Below the pieces are notes generated by a model. The model worked only from the letters and a program-made list of their open reading frames with translations, was not told the DNA's origin and did not search any database. A DNA stretch of 64,000 nucleotides from Octopus sinensis (taxonomy: Eukaryota): the NCBI RefSeq assembly GCF_006345805.1, contig NC_042998.1:42160001-42224000 (forward strand). Direction: 5' to 3'. Of this stretch, positions 48,912-63,384 are shown in pieces; position 1 is the first letter of the stretch, and each line of letters starts with the position of its first letter. The position numbers and the translations under genes were made by a program.

Positions 48912-51900
48912 GTTGACATTTTCTCATTCCTATATAAAGTCATTTTATATTATGTATCTGTTTCTTTATTACCCACAAGGGGCTAAACATAGAGGGGACA
49001 AACAAGGACAGACAGACGAATTAAGTCGATTACATCAACCCCAGTGCATAACTGGTACTTAATTTATCGACCCCGAAAGGATGAAAGGCAAAGTCGACCT
49101 TGGTGGAATTTGAACTCAGAACGTAGCGATGGGTGAAATACTGCAAAGCACTTCGCCCGGCGTGCTAACGTTTCTGCCAGCTTGCTGCCTTAAGTCATTT
49201 TATATTATGTATCATTTACTGTGTATGTGTATGTGTGCATATTCTTGTCTTTGGTGAAGATTTTACAAATGATATCAAGAAGGTAAGCCCATGGTTTACC
49301 TTCTTGATATCATTTATAATTTTCATTACTGTTTTGTAAGCTGAGCAACATTTTACACAATTGTAAGCTAGTCTCTTGTTAGAACGGTTGGGTTAAGTGA
49401 AAACTAACAACTGTTAGTCTCTAGAAACTGCGACCATTCTGATTGGTATGCCATTTTACTGACAACATAGAGTATATCCTCAGATTTTGTTTGTTCCTTC
49501 CTAAGCCATGCCTAGCTCATAAGGGCTGGTTTCCTTGGTGTAAAGGTTCCCCACCTGGATGGGACGCCGGTCCGTCGCAGGTGAGCTCCAAGATGCAGGA
49601 GGAAAGAGTGAGAGAAAGTTGTGGCGAAAGAGTCAGCAGAAGTTTGCCATTACCTTTTGCCGGAGCCACATGGAGCTTTTAGGTGTTTTGCTCATAAACA
49701 CACACACATCGCCTGGTCTAAGATTCGAACCTGCGATCCCTCAACTGTGAGTCTGCTGCTCTAACCACTAGGCCATGTGTCTCCACATCCTCAGATTTGC
49801 TCTACAATAAATTCTTGTGGTGGTTTTCATAGCTGAGTGATATACACCATAGTTTAGAAAATAAGATCACCTGAAGGTTATGAGTCCAGGCTCCACTAAA
49901 AGTGACATTTCAAAAACAGCAGGACACCCATGAATCATGATCTTGGTGGATCTGGCTCTTCTAGAATGTCAGGAACTAATGGGCTGAAATACTTGCTTGA
50001 TGGGAGTTCTTTGTCTGAAAATTTCTCCTGCTGTCCACTCACTCCATAGTGACTTTGAACTTACTATTTTTTAAACATATTCTGAAATATTTAATTCTAT
50101 ACTGCATTTGATATAAAATGAATTATTAATAATTGTCAAACTAGCACCAATATATAAATAAATTAGTTTGCTTTCTTGTAAGTTAAGCAACATGTTTTAT
50201 GTAACTAAGCTATATTAATTATATATGCCATTTCTTAAGTATATATGTTTATTTTAATTATCATTCTTTTCCTGATAATGAATACATAAAAAGCAATTCA
50301 CCAGTATCTTTATATGCAAGCTACCAATGAATTTGATATTGTCAAAAATATTGCATAGCCTTATTGGATAAGAGCTCTTGGGAGTGATAAATGCTATTGT
50401 AAAAACCCATGTAATTTACGCAGTTTTTTTGCAAAAATATAAATCAACTTTAGGGGTGTGTAAATTACATGAGTAGACCATTTCCAGAACGTTTTTAGAA
50501 ATTTTTTTGTTGAAAAAAGATGTACAAAAGATAAACATTCATACCAGAAGTTGACTCATTTAGTGTAAGTATATGTTTTTACAGACAAAATAAGGGCTTA
50601 AATATAATGAAGTTGACTTTTATTTATGCTGGATGGTATAATGCTTACTTTTTCTGCATAAATTTACTAAAATCATTAAATGGTTAACTACTTTTTGCAG
50701 TCTGATGTTCATGCTGGTAATCAAGGTCCAGGTCATATTATTATAAACAACACAAACACTTTGTAATTTAATAGCTTTTAATGTGATATTTAAAAAATTT
50801 TTATTTAGTGAAAATTAAATTATTTTTATTTAATGAAAATTTAATAAAATTAATCTTAAGAAAGTGAAATTATACTAAATACAACTAAATTGAAAACCTT
50901 TCCCCCCTGGCCATATCAGCAATTCTGAAAACTTTTGGTTGCGAATTTTACATGAATAGAAGCTTTTATTAACAAATTTTATCCTGAAAATCACCTGCGT
51001 AAATTACACAGGTGTGCAAATTACATGGTGATATGGTAATATGTACAACAAAAGTGAAAGGCAGTGAGCTGACAGAATCACTACTGCACTTGGCAAAATT
51101 CTTAGTGGCAATTTGTCCATCTTTTAGTTTGAGTTCAAATTCTGCTGGGGTTGACTTTGCCATTCATCATTTTAGGGTTGATAAAATAAGTAACAGTTGA
51201 ACAATGAGGTTAATATAATTGACTTAGCCCTCCTTCAAAATTGCTGGCCTTGTGTCAAAATTTGAAATCAATATGTACAACAAAAGAAGTACTTTACCAA
51301 TCCTTGGACGTCAACAAGCATATCCTGAAGTCTCTCAATTCTAAGTTTTACTTCTAGATTTGGAATTTCTTCTTTGAAGTTTTTCACAATCTCTTCTATG
51401 ACTAGATTATCAGTATATAGGAGTTCCTATGGATAGCTGGTGTTAAACTCCTCTGCTACAGGTTGGAGAATTATAATTAGGAGAAACCAGAAACTGAACT
51501 TTGGTGATTATATGTGCACACTAAATTCCTTACTGATCTGCACTTAATGCCAATCTTACTGAACTCATGCATGTATCCATCCATCCATCCATCCATCAGT
51601 CCATCCATCAATCCATCCATCCATTGACCTTGTGCCACATGTGTGTGTGTATGTGTCTGTCTGTCTGTTTTTGCATCTATGTTTGTTCCCCACCAGCACT
51701 TGGCGCCCAGTGTTGGTGTGTTTACATCCCTGTAACTTAGTGGTCTAGCTAAAGAGACCAGTAGAATAAGTACCAGGCTTTACAAACAATAAGTACTGGG
51801 TTTGATTTGTTTCACCATAATTCTTCAAGTCAGTGCCCCAGCATGGCCACAGTCTAATGACTAAAACAAATACAAAATAAAAGATCCATCCATCCATCGA

Positions 51901-52187
51901 TCCATACATACGTACAAACATGCATGTATAACTGATGAGCTTTTGAACAATGCCATCTAACAAATTCCACTCACAAATCATTGATTCACCTGAGGCAGTG
52001 GTAGAAGAAACTCATCCAAAGTACCACACTGTGAGATATAGCCATCAACCACATGGTTGCAAAGGAAACTTGTTAAACACACAGCTAAGTCTAAGTTTAT
52101 ATGATTTAAAGTAATGGCTGTATTGTTCTTCTAGAATTGAAGGCTTGAAAGAGAAAACCAATCCTTTTGTTGTGGTTAATTTTCTAG

Positions 52188-52282
52188 GTGAGTGTGGACT
52201 GTATTGAGCGTGGAGATCTGCTGGCTGAAATACGACAACGCTACTTGGACCTTCTGAACCGAGTTCCTGAACAGATCAAAAG
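52188..52282 (+). CDS. AXDND1: AXDND1 exon
   Basis: 95 nt, VSVDCIERGDLLAEIRQRYLDLLNRVPEQIK(S), GTAATG. Matches VSVDC.ERGELL..IR.RY. Confidence 0.93.
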
Positions 52283-53530
52283 GTAATGTGAGATCTTATT
52301 TGAAATCACTTAAGGAAATAGCAGCTGCATTGTGATCACTGCAGCATAGAAAGGATTTCTTTGTTGAGCCTAGTCTATAACTTTAAGTTCCAAATTATAT
52401 TGATTTTATTTCATCCAAGGGTAAAAGCAATGTGTATTGGATGGTTTGAATGAGTAAACCATCCATTAGTGATTTTGCCAGATTATGTAATCAATACTAT
52501 ATTTATAGTGAGACTACTACAAGAAAATTTATTGGCTAAAAACAAAGTTCTCCTCTTTACACTCTAGATTTAAAATACCAATGAAAGAAAAAGACAACAA
52601 AATTTAATTTTTATATTCAATTACACTATTTATAGCAATAAATAACTGCATTGTTTTCTAGTTATTTGTTATAACCCTAGTGAAATTTCACGTGACACTG
52701 GCCTGGTTGTGCAGTTAAGAAGTTAGCTTTCCAACTATGTGGATTCTGGCCAGTCCCACTACTGTGTGGTATCTTGGGCAAAGGTCTTCTACTATAGCCT
52801 CAGACCAATCGAGGCCTTGTGAATAGTATGATAGATGGAAACTGAAAGAACCTATATGTGTGTGTGTGTGTATCATCAAGCATATATCCACTTTGAGGTA
52901 GCACATGTGATGCCTCATAGATAAAGGATCCCCATACGATATCAAGTAGAGGATCTTAGACTGGCTGGGACCCTACATTGTGAGTAGATTGGGTGGAGGA
53001 GAAGTTAAGGTAGAAGTGCGAGACACTGTGTTTGTAGTGGTTGGAAGTAGTGAGAGGAGAGTGGTGTGTTCTGACAGAAATGTCGAGAAATTCAACGGAA
53101 GATTTAGAGATATTGCAGGAGAATTCAAGAGCAAGATGGAAGGATTGGACAAAAGAGAGGAAGTAATCTAGAAAATATCCAGTTCACACTGTAAAGTGTT
53201 GACATTCAGAAGGGCATCTAGCTGGAAAAACCATGCTAAAGCAGTCCTTGCTGGTGCTGGTGCCATGTAAATAGTTCCCAGTCCACTCTGTAAAGTGGTT
53301 GGGATTAGGAAGTGCATCCAGCTGTAAAGCTAGGCCAAAACAGTCCTCAATGGTATGAGGTTATAGTTTTACCATTGGATGCCATCTGTAGAAATTGTGT
53401 TTTAATTTTTCATGTTTATACATATATTTTCTCACGTACACATACATGTATGTAAACATGTTAGTTCATATATTTTTGTTTGATGCTAGAAACTTTGGTT
53501 TATAAAGCAAAAATGCAATTTTTAATGCAG

Positions 53531-53623
53531 CTTATATGAAGAAGTGCTTTCACAACGAGCCCTTGACCGAAGGTTAACAGATGAATTAATTAAATTTAAG
53601 AGTGCTTTGATCCACCTCTCTGA
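53531..53623 (+). CDS. AXDND1: AXDND1 exon
   Basis: 93 nt, LYEEVLSQRALDRRLTDELIKFKSALIHLS(E), GTAAGT. Confidence 0.9.
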
Positions 53624-55981
53624 GTAAGTAAGAATGTTTTTTTAATCCTTTCATTCACCAAAAATAGTTCTCATAATTTTCTTAATCTTTAAATGTGAGC
53701 AGTTAAGTTTATCAGGCATTGTCTTATGAGCCACAGGCTGTATGTGTAAACGTTGGTTTTAGTCTATAACCTAGGATTATTTCTGTAAACACATTTTAAC
53801 AGTTCAATACTTGATGTTATAAATATGCAAAGAGCTTGTTATTTTGGCGTACCTTTATGTAATCACAAATGACTGTTATTATTGTTGTTGAATTTTCATG
53901 GTTCACTTGCTGAAGTGAATACAAGGAAATATTTGAAGGAGCTTTTGGTTCTACATTGGGCATATTTCATAGTTTATAATGAAGTTGTAAATAAACATGG
54001 CACTTAGACTCATATAGATAAGTTTTTGTTGTTGGTCAATAAAACATGATAATTAGTTTTAATTATATAATGATATATTAATAATCATTCTGTTGTGTCT
54101 GAGGAGAGTCATTTTCTTTTTGTGCCTTACAATGTAACACACTCACCAATAAAATTTCCACTTATTTCATATTTTTATTTTCCTAAAATTTTCGTTGAGT
54201 CTTGCAACCTTTTCAATAGTCATGGTGGGTGAGTGTGTTACATTATAAGGCACAAAAAGAAAATGACTCTCCCCAGACACAACAGAATATGCTTCAACAC
54301 ACGAACTCATATAAAGAATCTTGCAAACCAAATCCCAAAACGAAATATTAATAATCATTGTAAAAGAGATGGCTGAGAAAATAGAGGGTACGAAACATTT
54401 TGGTACAGCCATTATGGTATTGCCTATTTGACTTGCTGATTTGATGCTGGTTTATTTGACATCAGATGTTTTAATGTTTCCCTCATTCTCTCTCTTTTTC
54501 TCTCACTCACTCTATCTGTATGAGTTTATGTCTGCATGTGCATGCACATGTGTGTGTTGTGTTTGCCTCTAGTGACAAAATATAATGTTGCCAAAACAGG
54601 CAGAATTTCCAGTCAGCCATTATAAATCATCAGTTTCCAAACAGCTGCAGCCTGTCACCTCATTCTGGGAAATAGAGTATTCTATTATAAATGCATTATA
54701 GCATTTACTCTTGATCTCAGTTCTGTATCAAAATTTTACTGTTTGGCTTCGCTTTTCATTTCTCCAGAAGTCAATAAAATAAATGTCAGAAATATGATGT
54801 TCACAAATATGATGAGGTCAATTTCCTCACTGAGAAACTTATACTTGTGGCTATACTCATAGTAAAGTCAGTTGTAGTTTTTAAATAGTCAACTAAATCA
54901 TTATTCAACTAAAACTATCAGCAACAATGAATATTTAATTAATACTTTAGCTCCAAATTAGATTAAACTGGCATGCAAATGAAATAAATTCATAATTTAT
55001 ATGAATTTTTGTATAAGATTTATTTAAAAAAAAACAATTTACAGGATTATAAATGGAAATTGTTCAAGATGTCTCAATAGTGCTTCTTTCAGGGAAAAAT
55101 TATTCAAATGTTCAACATACATTGATAAAGTACACAACAATGCAACTATAAACAATTATTTGAATTGATGGAGGAAATAAGATATTATAATTCAGTTAAC
55201 TTGTGGTTGTTCAGGATGACCAATTTTGTTGGGTTGGTCATGACAATTTGGTAAAGAGTAAGAAGAGATAGAAGTAAGATACTCTATCTCTTACTGAAAC
55301 ATCCAACGATAAATGTTTTGCATTTCTATGTAGTTAAAATTTCCAACAGTTGTATTTCATATATGTATAATGAATTCATTGTGCATATATGTTATTGTGA
55401 ATATGAAATATTTGTTTGAATATCAGCAATATTATACCGAAAAATAGGCAAGTCTTAATATTTGTAATTTAGTAGTTTACCCCATACAATGTCAAATTTT
55501 TGTAAGTAGTGGTTTTGGGAATGTTTTAACCCATATTACTTTTGGTAGTTCTGTCTATCTGTCTGTCTATCTCTCTCTCTCTCCCTAAAACATACATGTT
55601 ATTGTGCATGTAATATTTAAAGGCTTACACTGCGTAAGACAGAAATAATGTTTTAATACTAATAAGTGATAATTGCACATTGCTATTATAAACAGAATAA
55701 GGCAGGTAATTATATGGAAAAATATTTGCATGCATACAGATATGTATATCATCATTATAGCCCAAGGTTGTTTAACTTTTGTTGAATATTATATACAGAG
55801 TGTGTTATGCAAAACAAATAGAGGAAAGTGAGAATACATTTCATGGAACTGACAGAGTTCTGTGTGATACCTGAGGTGATTCTGTTTTGAAGTTGTAAAT
55901 CTCCAGCTTTTTATAACCTTGAGCAAAGCTCCTAGAACTTTTGGAAAAAACATTTTGGAAAGAATCTATAACTTTTTTCTT

Positions 55982-56211
55982 TTAACCCTTTCATTACTGT
56001 ATTTATTTTGAGATGTTCAGTGTTTCTTTCAATTACTTTAAATATAACAAAGAATTTAGTAAAATTACTTAGTTATCATTAATCTAGTGTTAGGAACATA
56101 AATTGTGACTTAGGTTTGGTGGAAGATTTTAATTCAAAACTTATGAAAACAAGACATTTTTGTACTCAGAGCCAGAACCGGTTTCAGCCGGGTTGGTAAT
56201 GAAAGGGTTAA
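55982..56211. mobile_element. piggyBac-like MITE
   Basis: TTAACCCTTT...AAAGGGTTAA, near-identical interior to 39721-39948. Confidence 0.8.
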
Positions 56212-56609
56212 GTCTACTGTCTTTCCTTGTTACACATCAGCTGATATTGAATGGGTGGAAAACACTCATATACATGTTCATGTCTTTTATGGCAATATGG
56301 TAAAGTTTAAACAACGGGTCATGCCTTTTTATGAAAATATGATTAGGCTGTGGTTCTAAACTGAGAAGCTGAGCAAATTGGTTCATAATTAGGCTGAGAT
56401 CTGCTACAAACTAATGATTGCCAAATATAACTAAGTATTAAAATATAAACTGGTGGAGTGAACGATATTAAATTTATGGCTGTGAAACCATTAAGATTTA
56501 TCTAATGCTGTCTGAATATTTATACTCAGTCTTCTAGTTCTATAAACCAGTTTTATTTATTGTTATGAAGTCTCAACAGAGTGTTCATTTTATATACTAA
56601 TTATTTCAG

Positions 56610-56676
56610 AGAACTGGCATGTGTAAAAGCCCAGGACATTAGACTTACTGATGAAGTCAACATAACCAGGAAAGCA
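56610..56676 (+). CDS. AXDND1: AXDND1 exon
   Basis: TTTCAG acceptor, 67 nt, ELACVKAQDIRLTDEVNITRKA, GTAAGA. Phases fit both neighbours. Confidence 0.85.
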
Positions 56677-58478
56677 GTAAGAAAATATTTTTGAAAAATT
56701 GTTTTTGTATCTGGTTTCATTTTTCAAGAAAGCAAGTTTCTTTCTTTCAATTATAGTATTTTGTACATTTCTTATGCTTCTGATAAATTCAATCAAATAA
56801 TTTAGATTATGTTTTATAATGAATTTTTGTCCTCAGACTGAATTTATGAGTTAAATGTAAGAGAAGGATAAGTTGTCATACCATATTCAGTTGAAAGAGT
56901 TTATTTAACAAGTTCACAAGTAAGAACTATTTTCTTTTGTTGAGAAGATTTGGATATTTTACAAAATATAGTTTTTGGAGAATATATTCTTGCAACTGTA
57001 TTACAAGATAACAAACTCCAGCAATGTTGATGTAGATGGAGCAAAGAAGTTTGTGTACTTTGGAGTTACTCATGATAAAGATATTTTTATACATTCCACT
57101 GGTCTGTCTAGAACAATTTTAAATAGTAAGGTTTTATTCTTTACTGCAGTTTCAGATTAGGAACTTTATCATAAATTGAACAGCTGACACTGCAGCTTCA
57201 AACTGAAAATGAAATTATTGCTTTCAGTCTGATCTATTACTTACTTATTAACAATTGCTATTAAAATCATTCAAATTTATTAAAATCATTCTAATCTGTT
57301 TAATATGCTTTAATACTTTGAATACTTCTTCAATATTACCACATATAGGTTTTGATATCAGCTATAAAAACAATGTATAAAAAACATCATTATTCTGTTT
57401 CTGAGATTATAAACTAGAGAACTTGTTAAATGCTGAATGTGATCATGGTCTTTAAATTATTACATTGTGTCAAAATGTTTTTTTTTTATGAAGCCTTTAA
57501 CTATGTAATAAAATTTCATTGTTATTACAGTAATAATGTTAAATAATCCACCATAAAACAGAATTGATATTTTCTGCAAGTCACAGTGTCTCAGTAAACT
57601 TAACCTATCACAACAAAAAATAATTTCAAACATGACATTCCTCAACAAAACATAGATTGTTATATTTAAAACTGCTTTCTGCAGTGAAGGGCAATTCAAT
57701 TTTGAGTGGATATATCTGGTTTCCATATTAAAAGGATTAATGACATAATCAAAGAAAGAAGGGCAATGTCTGTAATCTTCTTTTAGGGTCTCTGAGACTG
57801 AGGTGAAGTCAGGAAGAAATTATCCACAGACCCAAAACCTTTCCTAAATGCTTGCAACAGAGCATTTTCTGCTAAAAGCACCATTCACAAACCAAATAGT
57901 GGTGTCAAACTGGATAAACACATTAAGTCTACCATCCATGAACATGAATGATCCCTCTATGGGCTTTCATACAGTTTTTATTTACCAAATTTTGCTCCCA
58001 AGACAATGGTTGACCCAAAGCTATGATAAAAGATGTTTGTTCAAAGTTCCACATGGTGGAATTGAACCCAAAACTACGTAGTTATGAAATGAATTTATTT
58101 TACCAAATGGCAATGTGACAAAAACTGTGTTAAATTATAAGCGATAACTAGCCTAGATCTCACTGTCAGAATGTACCATTCCAGTACATAAGGATCAACA
58201 GAATTATTTAGGGTGACTATTTTTTTTATTTATTTAATAATGAAAAGTTTTATTTACCACATAAAAATTTGGCATTAAGAATATTTAGCAGAATTAGGAA
58301 TTTGAATATTGTGTGCATGCTACAAATGTGTGTGAGTGTACCTGAGAGACATACAGGGGAGAATGTGGAGAATGTGTGTGTGTATATATGTATATATATG
58401 TGTGTGTGTGTGTGTGTGTATTTTTTCTTTCCATTCCTCCCTTTCTGTCTTTTACTTAGAGATGTGTGTATGTATGTA

Positions 58479-58511
<33 letters not shown>

Positions 58512-58784
58512 ATATATATCTATCTATCTATCTATCTAGAGAGAAAGCTTGAGTGACTGAGAGAGAGAGAGAGAGAGAGAGCCTTGAAAAATATTGTGGG
58601 TCAAACACTCCCAAAACCACTTAGAAAAATTCGACATTGTGCCGAGGTATGAACCAGATAAAGTCTCAAACTACTAAATTACAAATGTTTGGACTTTTCT
58701 TATTTTTTGGTATAATATTGTTGATGTTTAATTTCTTTTACTGAATTTGTTATATGATAGGAATTAACATTGTATTTTCTTCAG

Positions 58785-58943
58785 TTAAAAACTGCTCTGA
58801 GTGAATCAGCCAAAAATGCCAATATGCTAAAGGAGTACCAAGAATTGTATGATCTTCAGCGTCACCGTTTGGAAAGGCAGGTGTACAATACTACTCAAGA
58901 GCGAGACCTGTGGTGCAAAACAACTTATAATTTAGCCATCAAA
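58785..58943 (+). CDS. AXDND1: AXDND1 exon (last seen; gene continues beyond the window)
   Basis: 159 nt, LKTALSESAKNANMLKEYQELYDLQRHRLERQVYNTTQERDLWCKTTYNLAIK, GTGAGT. Confidence 0.92.
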
Positions 58944-59144
58944 GTGAGTTCTTCACAACTGCTTGTTTATTATCTATTTCATCCTTTGGTGGAAGGTAGT
59001 GAGTTGGCATACCACTGTAGGCATAGTGGTATTCCTGGGAAAGGTACTTTCTTTATGAAGTGCAGATAAGATGTTTGTTTTTCAACCACTTGGTTCTGAG
59101 TTCAGTTCCACTGTGTGGTGCCTTGGGCAAGTAGCGTCTTCTCT

Positions 59145-60770
59145 GTTACAGTGAGAATCATGACAACTCCTGTGAAAATGGACTAGCTGAACTCATATAA
59201 GTAACAACATGTTTGACTGAGAGTGGGAGATGAGAGATTGCAGGAAGTCGAAAGGTGTTGTTTGGAGTTCGTGGATTCACAGGAAATTATATAGTTTATT
59301 GAGAGTTGTTTTGAATTGGTTACAGTTGTTGGCATAGTATTTACTTGGATTCTTACAAAACTAGAACTGGAGGACCAGAATTTAACCCTGCAGACAGTAG
59401 CAGAGGAATGTCAAAGAATTATCAACTTGTGACAGAACATAAAGAAAATTAAAGAAAAAAATTCTCTCAAGTACAGACATATCAACTGGGAATAAATAAA
59501 GAAAAAAGAATATTGTGACCAAATCCATGTTATGGGTGTGGAGGTCTGTATTTTAAGAAAGACTGTCCATTTAAAACTTGGAAATGTTTCAGTTGTCAAA
59601 AAATAGGATATAAAAGCTACTGTGTCTGTTTTGACAGTGATTTTATAGCTGGGTGCCCTTCTTAACACCAACCACTGCAGGGTGCTTCTTATGTGGCACT
59701 GCACTGTGGAAGAAAATTGGGAAACCTACATTAAAGAAAACATCGGGGCATCACAGATGAAAGACTACACTTCTTAGGTGAAATGGTAAGCGACATTACA
59801 TTTTGTGGTAAAAACCTTTAAAGCAAAAGTGTTTGTGTTAAAAAATGCAACAAACTCATTTGGTACTGACTTGATGGAGTTGCTTGATTTATGTGACCTC
59901 CCTATAAATGTGATATGTAAAAACATTCATGTTTTTACAAGCACTAAAAAAATCAGGAAATGAATTAGTCAATGATGCAGCACTAACTCAATTCTTAAGG
60001 GTTTATAGGGTAACCCATAACCCAAACACCTGTTCAGGCAAGCTGCCTGCAGAGCTAATGTTTACCTGGAAGATAAAATCAATTTTTGATAAATTGTTAC
60101 CTACAAAAAAACTTATAGGGAAAACCCAAGAAACACAACAAAGTACTTTAATGTGGGAGATAAATAAAGTTCATTTCAAAATATGTAAGAGTGGAAGACA
60201 AGGTTGGGCGGACGGTATAATAATGAAAAGAATAGGCAATATGATGTACATAAAAAAAAGTCAAATAGGAGAGCACAAATGACATGTGAACCAGTTGAAG
60301 ACTAGACATATTGAAGAAAGAGAAGAAATACCAATGACTTGTTCGATGTTCCAACACCAAAAGAAGTTGAACCTAGGCAGATTTGCAATAGAAAACATAA
60401 ACAAACAGAACGACTAGAAATAGTCTCTAAGTGAAAGAAGTATTAAAATTTCTGAGGAAATTAAAATCTTAAAAAAGGAAGAGGTGATGATAAAAAAAGA
60501 AAAAAAAAAGAAGAAAATTAAATAAACAAGTTGCACTTGCTACAGAAGTCAAATCTGAAAAGGTGAGAATCATGACACACCTTGTGAGAATGGATTAGCT
60601 GACCTTGTACAAGTAGCAGCGTGTTTGACTGAGAGCAGAAGATGAGAAATCACAGGAAGTCGAAAGAGGTCATTTGTGAGTTTGTGTAGTCACAGAAAAT
60701 TGTTGAGAAGTTGTTATAGTTCATTGAGATTTGTTTTGAATTGGTTACAGTTTTTGGCAGAGTATTTGAG
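59145..60770 (+). mobile_element. Decayed, internally deleted Gypsy LTR retrotransposon
   Basis: Integrase C-terminal FLRVYRVT.NPN..SGKLPAELMF (ORF 59929-60282). Polypurine tract near 60470-60485. Two diverged direct repeats at about 59150-59360 and 60565-60770. Confidence 0.75.
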
Positions 60771-60940
60771 AATACATCAAGTGGAGATAGTTTGGTGTCT
60801 ACTCCATTCCATGGTACTATATATCACACTGTATTAGTGCGAGACACTAAGGTGACATATACAGTAACCACGTTACAAAAAGCTCTGAACTGAGCAAAGC
60901 CTTGTGAATGGATTTGGTAGACAGAAACTGAAAGAAGCCC

Positions 60941-60971
<31 letters not shown>

Positions 60972-62185
60972 TGTATGCATGCATGCATGTAAGTATGAAA
61001 AAGCCTCTGTGCAGTTGATTGATTTCCAATGGATAACATTAGTAGCATGGATGGGGGAGGCATGGGTGACTGCTGGTGACCTTCCCAGACTTGTGTCTCA
61101 GAGGGGAACTTTCTAGGTGCAAGCCAATAGTCATTCATGACTGAAGGGTCTTTTTACTTTATATATATATATATATATATATAATTTTAATCCAAAAGGG
61201 AAACAAAAAAACAACAACAACAGGAACAATTACAGTATTATTATTAATAGGCGCTCAGGAGATGGAAGCAGGGAGGTATGACGTTTCGAGCGGAGCTCTT
61301 CGTCGGAAACATAAAGAAGGAAGAGAGAAAAGAAAGATCCCAGAGCGGGCAACAGGGAAAGAGAAAAAAGACGACTGGTGTTTACGAGTTGCACATGGTG
61401 AAAGGCGGATGTTGACGATAACAAGAGCAAAGTGGGTTTTTAAAGGCAAAAGAGTGGAGACAAGGTTGGTAACCCAACAGATGTGTGTGTATGTGTGAGT
61501 GTGTGCATGTGCGTGTGTGTATGTGTGTGTGTGAGGCGAGATGAAAAAACAAAAAAAATATGTGTGTGTTAGTGTGTGCGTCTGTGTGTAGGCGTGTGAG
61601 GTAGGGCGAGACTAGTGGTCAGCTAGCAGACGAGGTCAGTGCTAAGAAAAAGAAGGAAGGAGGAAGGGAGGTCAGTAGTAAGAAAAAGAAGGAAGGAGGA
61701 AGGGAGGGAGGTGAAGGGGTGGGGGCGTATGTAGCGTGCCAGCGTGTGTTGAGTAGTAGTGTGTGTGTGTGTCCAGTGTCGTGGTGGTATTAATGAGTAG
61801 ATTGAATGTGTGTAAGAGTGATGTATATATATAGGCAAGGTGTGTATATGTGTGCGCGTGTGTGTAACGAAAAAAGGGGGGGGTTAAGGAAAAAGGACTC
61901 CAGCTGAGGGGAAGATGGAAGAGTGGTACCGCGGAGACAGGCGTGGGAAAACCCAACGACACGCGACGGTCCCAGGAACGGGCGGGAGGTCTCGTCAGGT
62001 CCAAGGGCGAGGTGTATGCGACGCGTATGCAACGCGAGCCGGCGTAAGTGCGTATGTGCGCGTGCCTGCGAGTATGCGCGTACGTATGTATGTGTGTGGA
62101 TGTGTGAGTGTGTCTGTGTGTATGTCTGGGTGGCAGTGTGTGCGATGAATGTATGTGAGTATGTGTGTATGTATGTGTGTGCATA

Positions 62186-62238
<53 letters not shown>

Positions 62239-62745
62239 ATAGTTGAAATTTATAGAAAAACAAAAAACAAAGACAGATGTATGAAAAACAGCAGATGTAT
62301 TAGTTTGATGCTTGGGAAAATGAAAAAGTCTTTTATGTTTCGAGCCTACACTCTTCAGCAGTAAGGAATAAGAGAAAATAAACAGAGAGAGAGAGAGAGT
62401 GAAAAAAAAAACCTGTAGATTTAGTGGTGAAGCATGGCAACAGATTAGTAAAAATGTTTGAAAGAAGAGGTTGGAAGAAAGGGAGATAATAAAATTATAT
62501 ATATATATATATATATATAGGGAGAGTTTACGAAAAAAACAACAAAAGATGAAGACAGGTGGTTACAAAACAAACAGATATATTAGTATAACGCTCAGGA
62601 ATAGAAAAAGTCTTTTACGTTTTGAGCCAATGCTCTTCTACAGAAAGGGACACAGGAAACAAGGAGAGAAAAAAATGTGTGTAGTGGCTAATGATCTATC
62701 ATGGCGTCTCATGTGTGTATATATATATATATACGCACACACACA

Positions 62746-62936
62746 CAGGGTGTAGCAGAAATACCTCCCACATTTTAAACTTTGACCTATGTGTTGCTGA
62801 TGAACTTATGCAAGTGCCAATTTTTTTTTCATTTAGTTAATTAACAAAAACTGTAAACCTTTGTTTAAACAAAAGTAAAATAAATCTTTCCTTTTGTCAA
62901 CTTTTCAAGTGTGGGATGTATTTCTGCCACACCCTG
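62746..62936. mobile_element. Tc1/mariner-type MITE
   Basis: CAGGGTGTAGCAGAAATACCTCCCACA / TGTGGGATGTATTTCTGCCACACCCTG. Confidence 0.7.
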
Positions 62937-62940
62937 TGTG

Positions 62941-62984
<44 letters not shown>

Positions 62985-63353
62985 GGGTTTAAATTAGAAA
63001 AGGAAAGGCAAACAGTTTGGGAAGACTTGACAAGTTCATTTAATTTTGAAACTGTCTAAACCTTTTAATATATAGCTAAGTTAAATGTTCTTGCCAAGTC
63101 TTGCCAAACTGTTTGCCTTTTCTTTTGTACTTTAACCTAACCTACTGACTCAAGAGAAACTACTTCTAGCCACTTTGGATAGGGCAATCACAAAATCACA
63201 TCTTCAACTGCAGTTCAAACCGGAATTTTAGTGGCATACCTATTTGAGCACTCAGACTGCATACCTATTACTATTAGTTTGAGTCACCCTGACAAAAACT
63301 CTTTGTATCTTTTATATTTATATAAATAAATAAATATATATATAAATAAATAA

Positions 63354-63384
<31 letters not shown>

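Noticed and set aside
61960-62005. Minus-strand CTGACGA-GAC in a GC-rich island
   Set aside because: No GAAA or stem III found up- or downstream.
29609-62755. Numerous IY-, CV-, HT- and MYVC-rich ORFs in the track
   Set aside because: Translations of microsatellites and SINEs, not genes.
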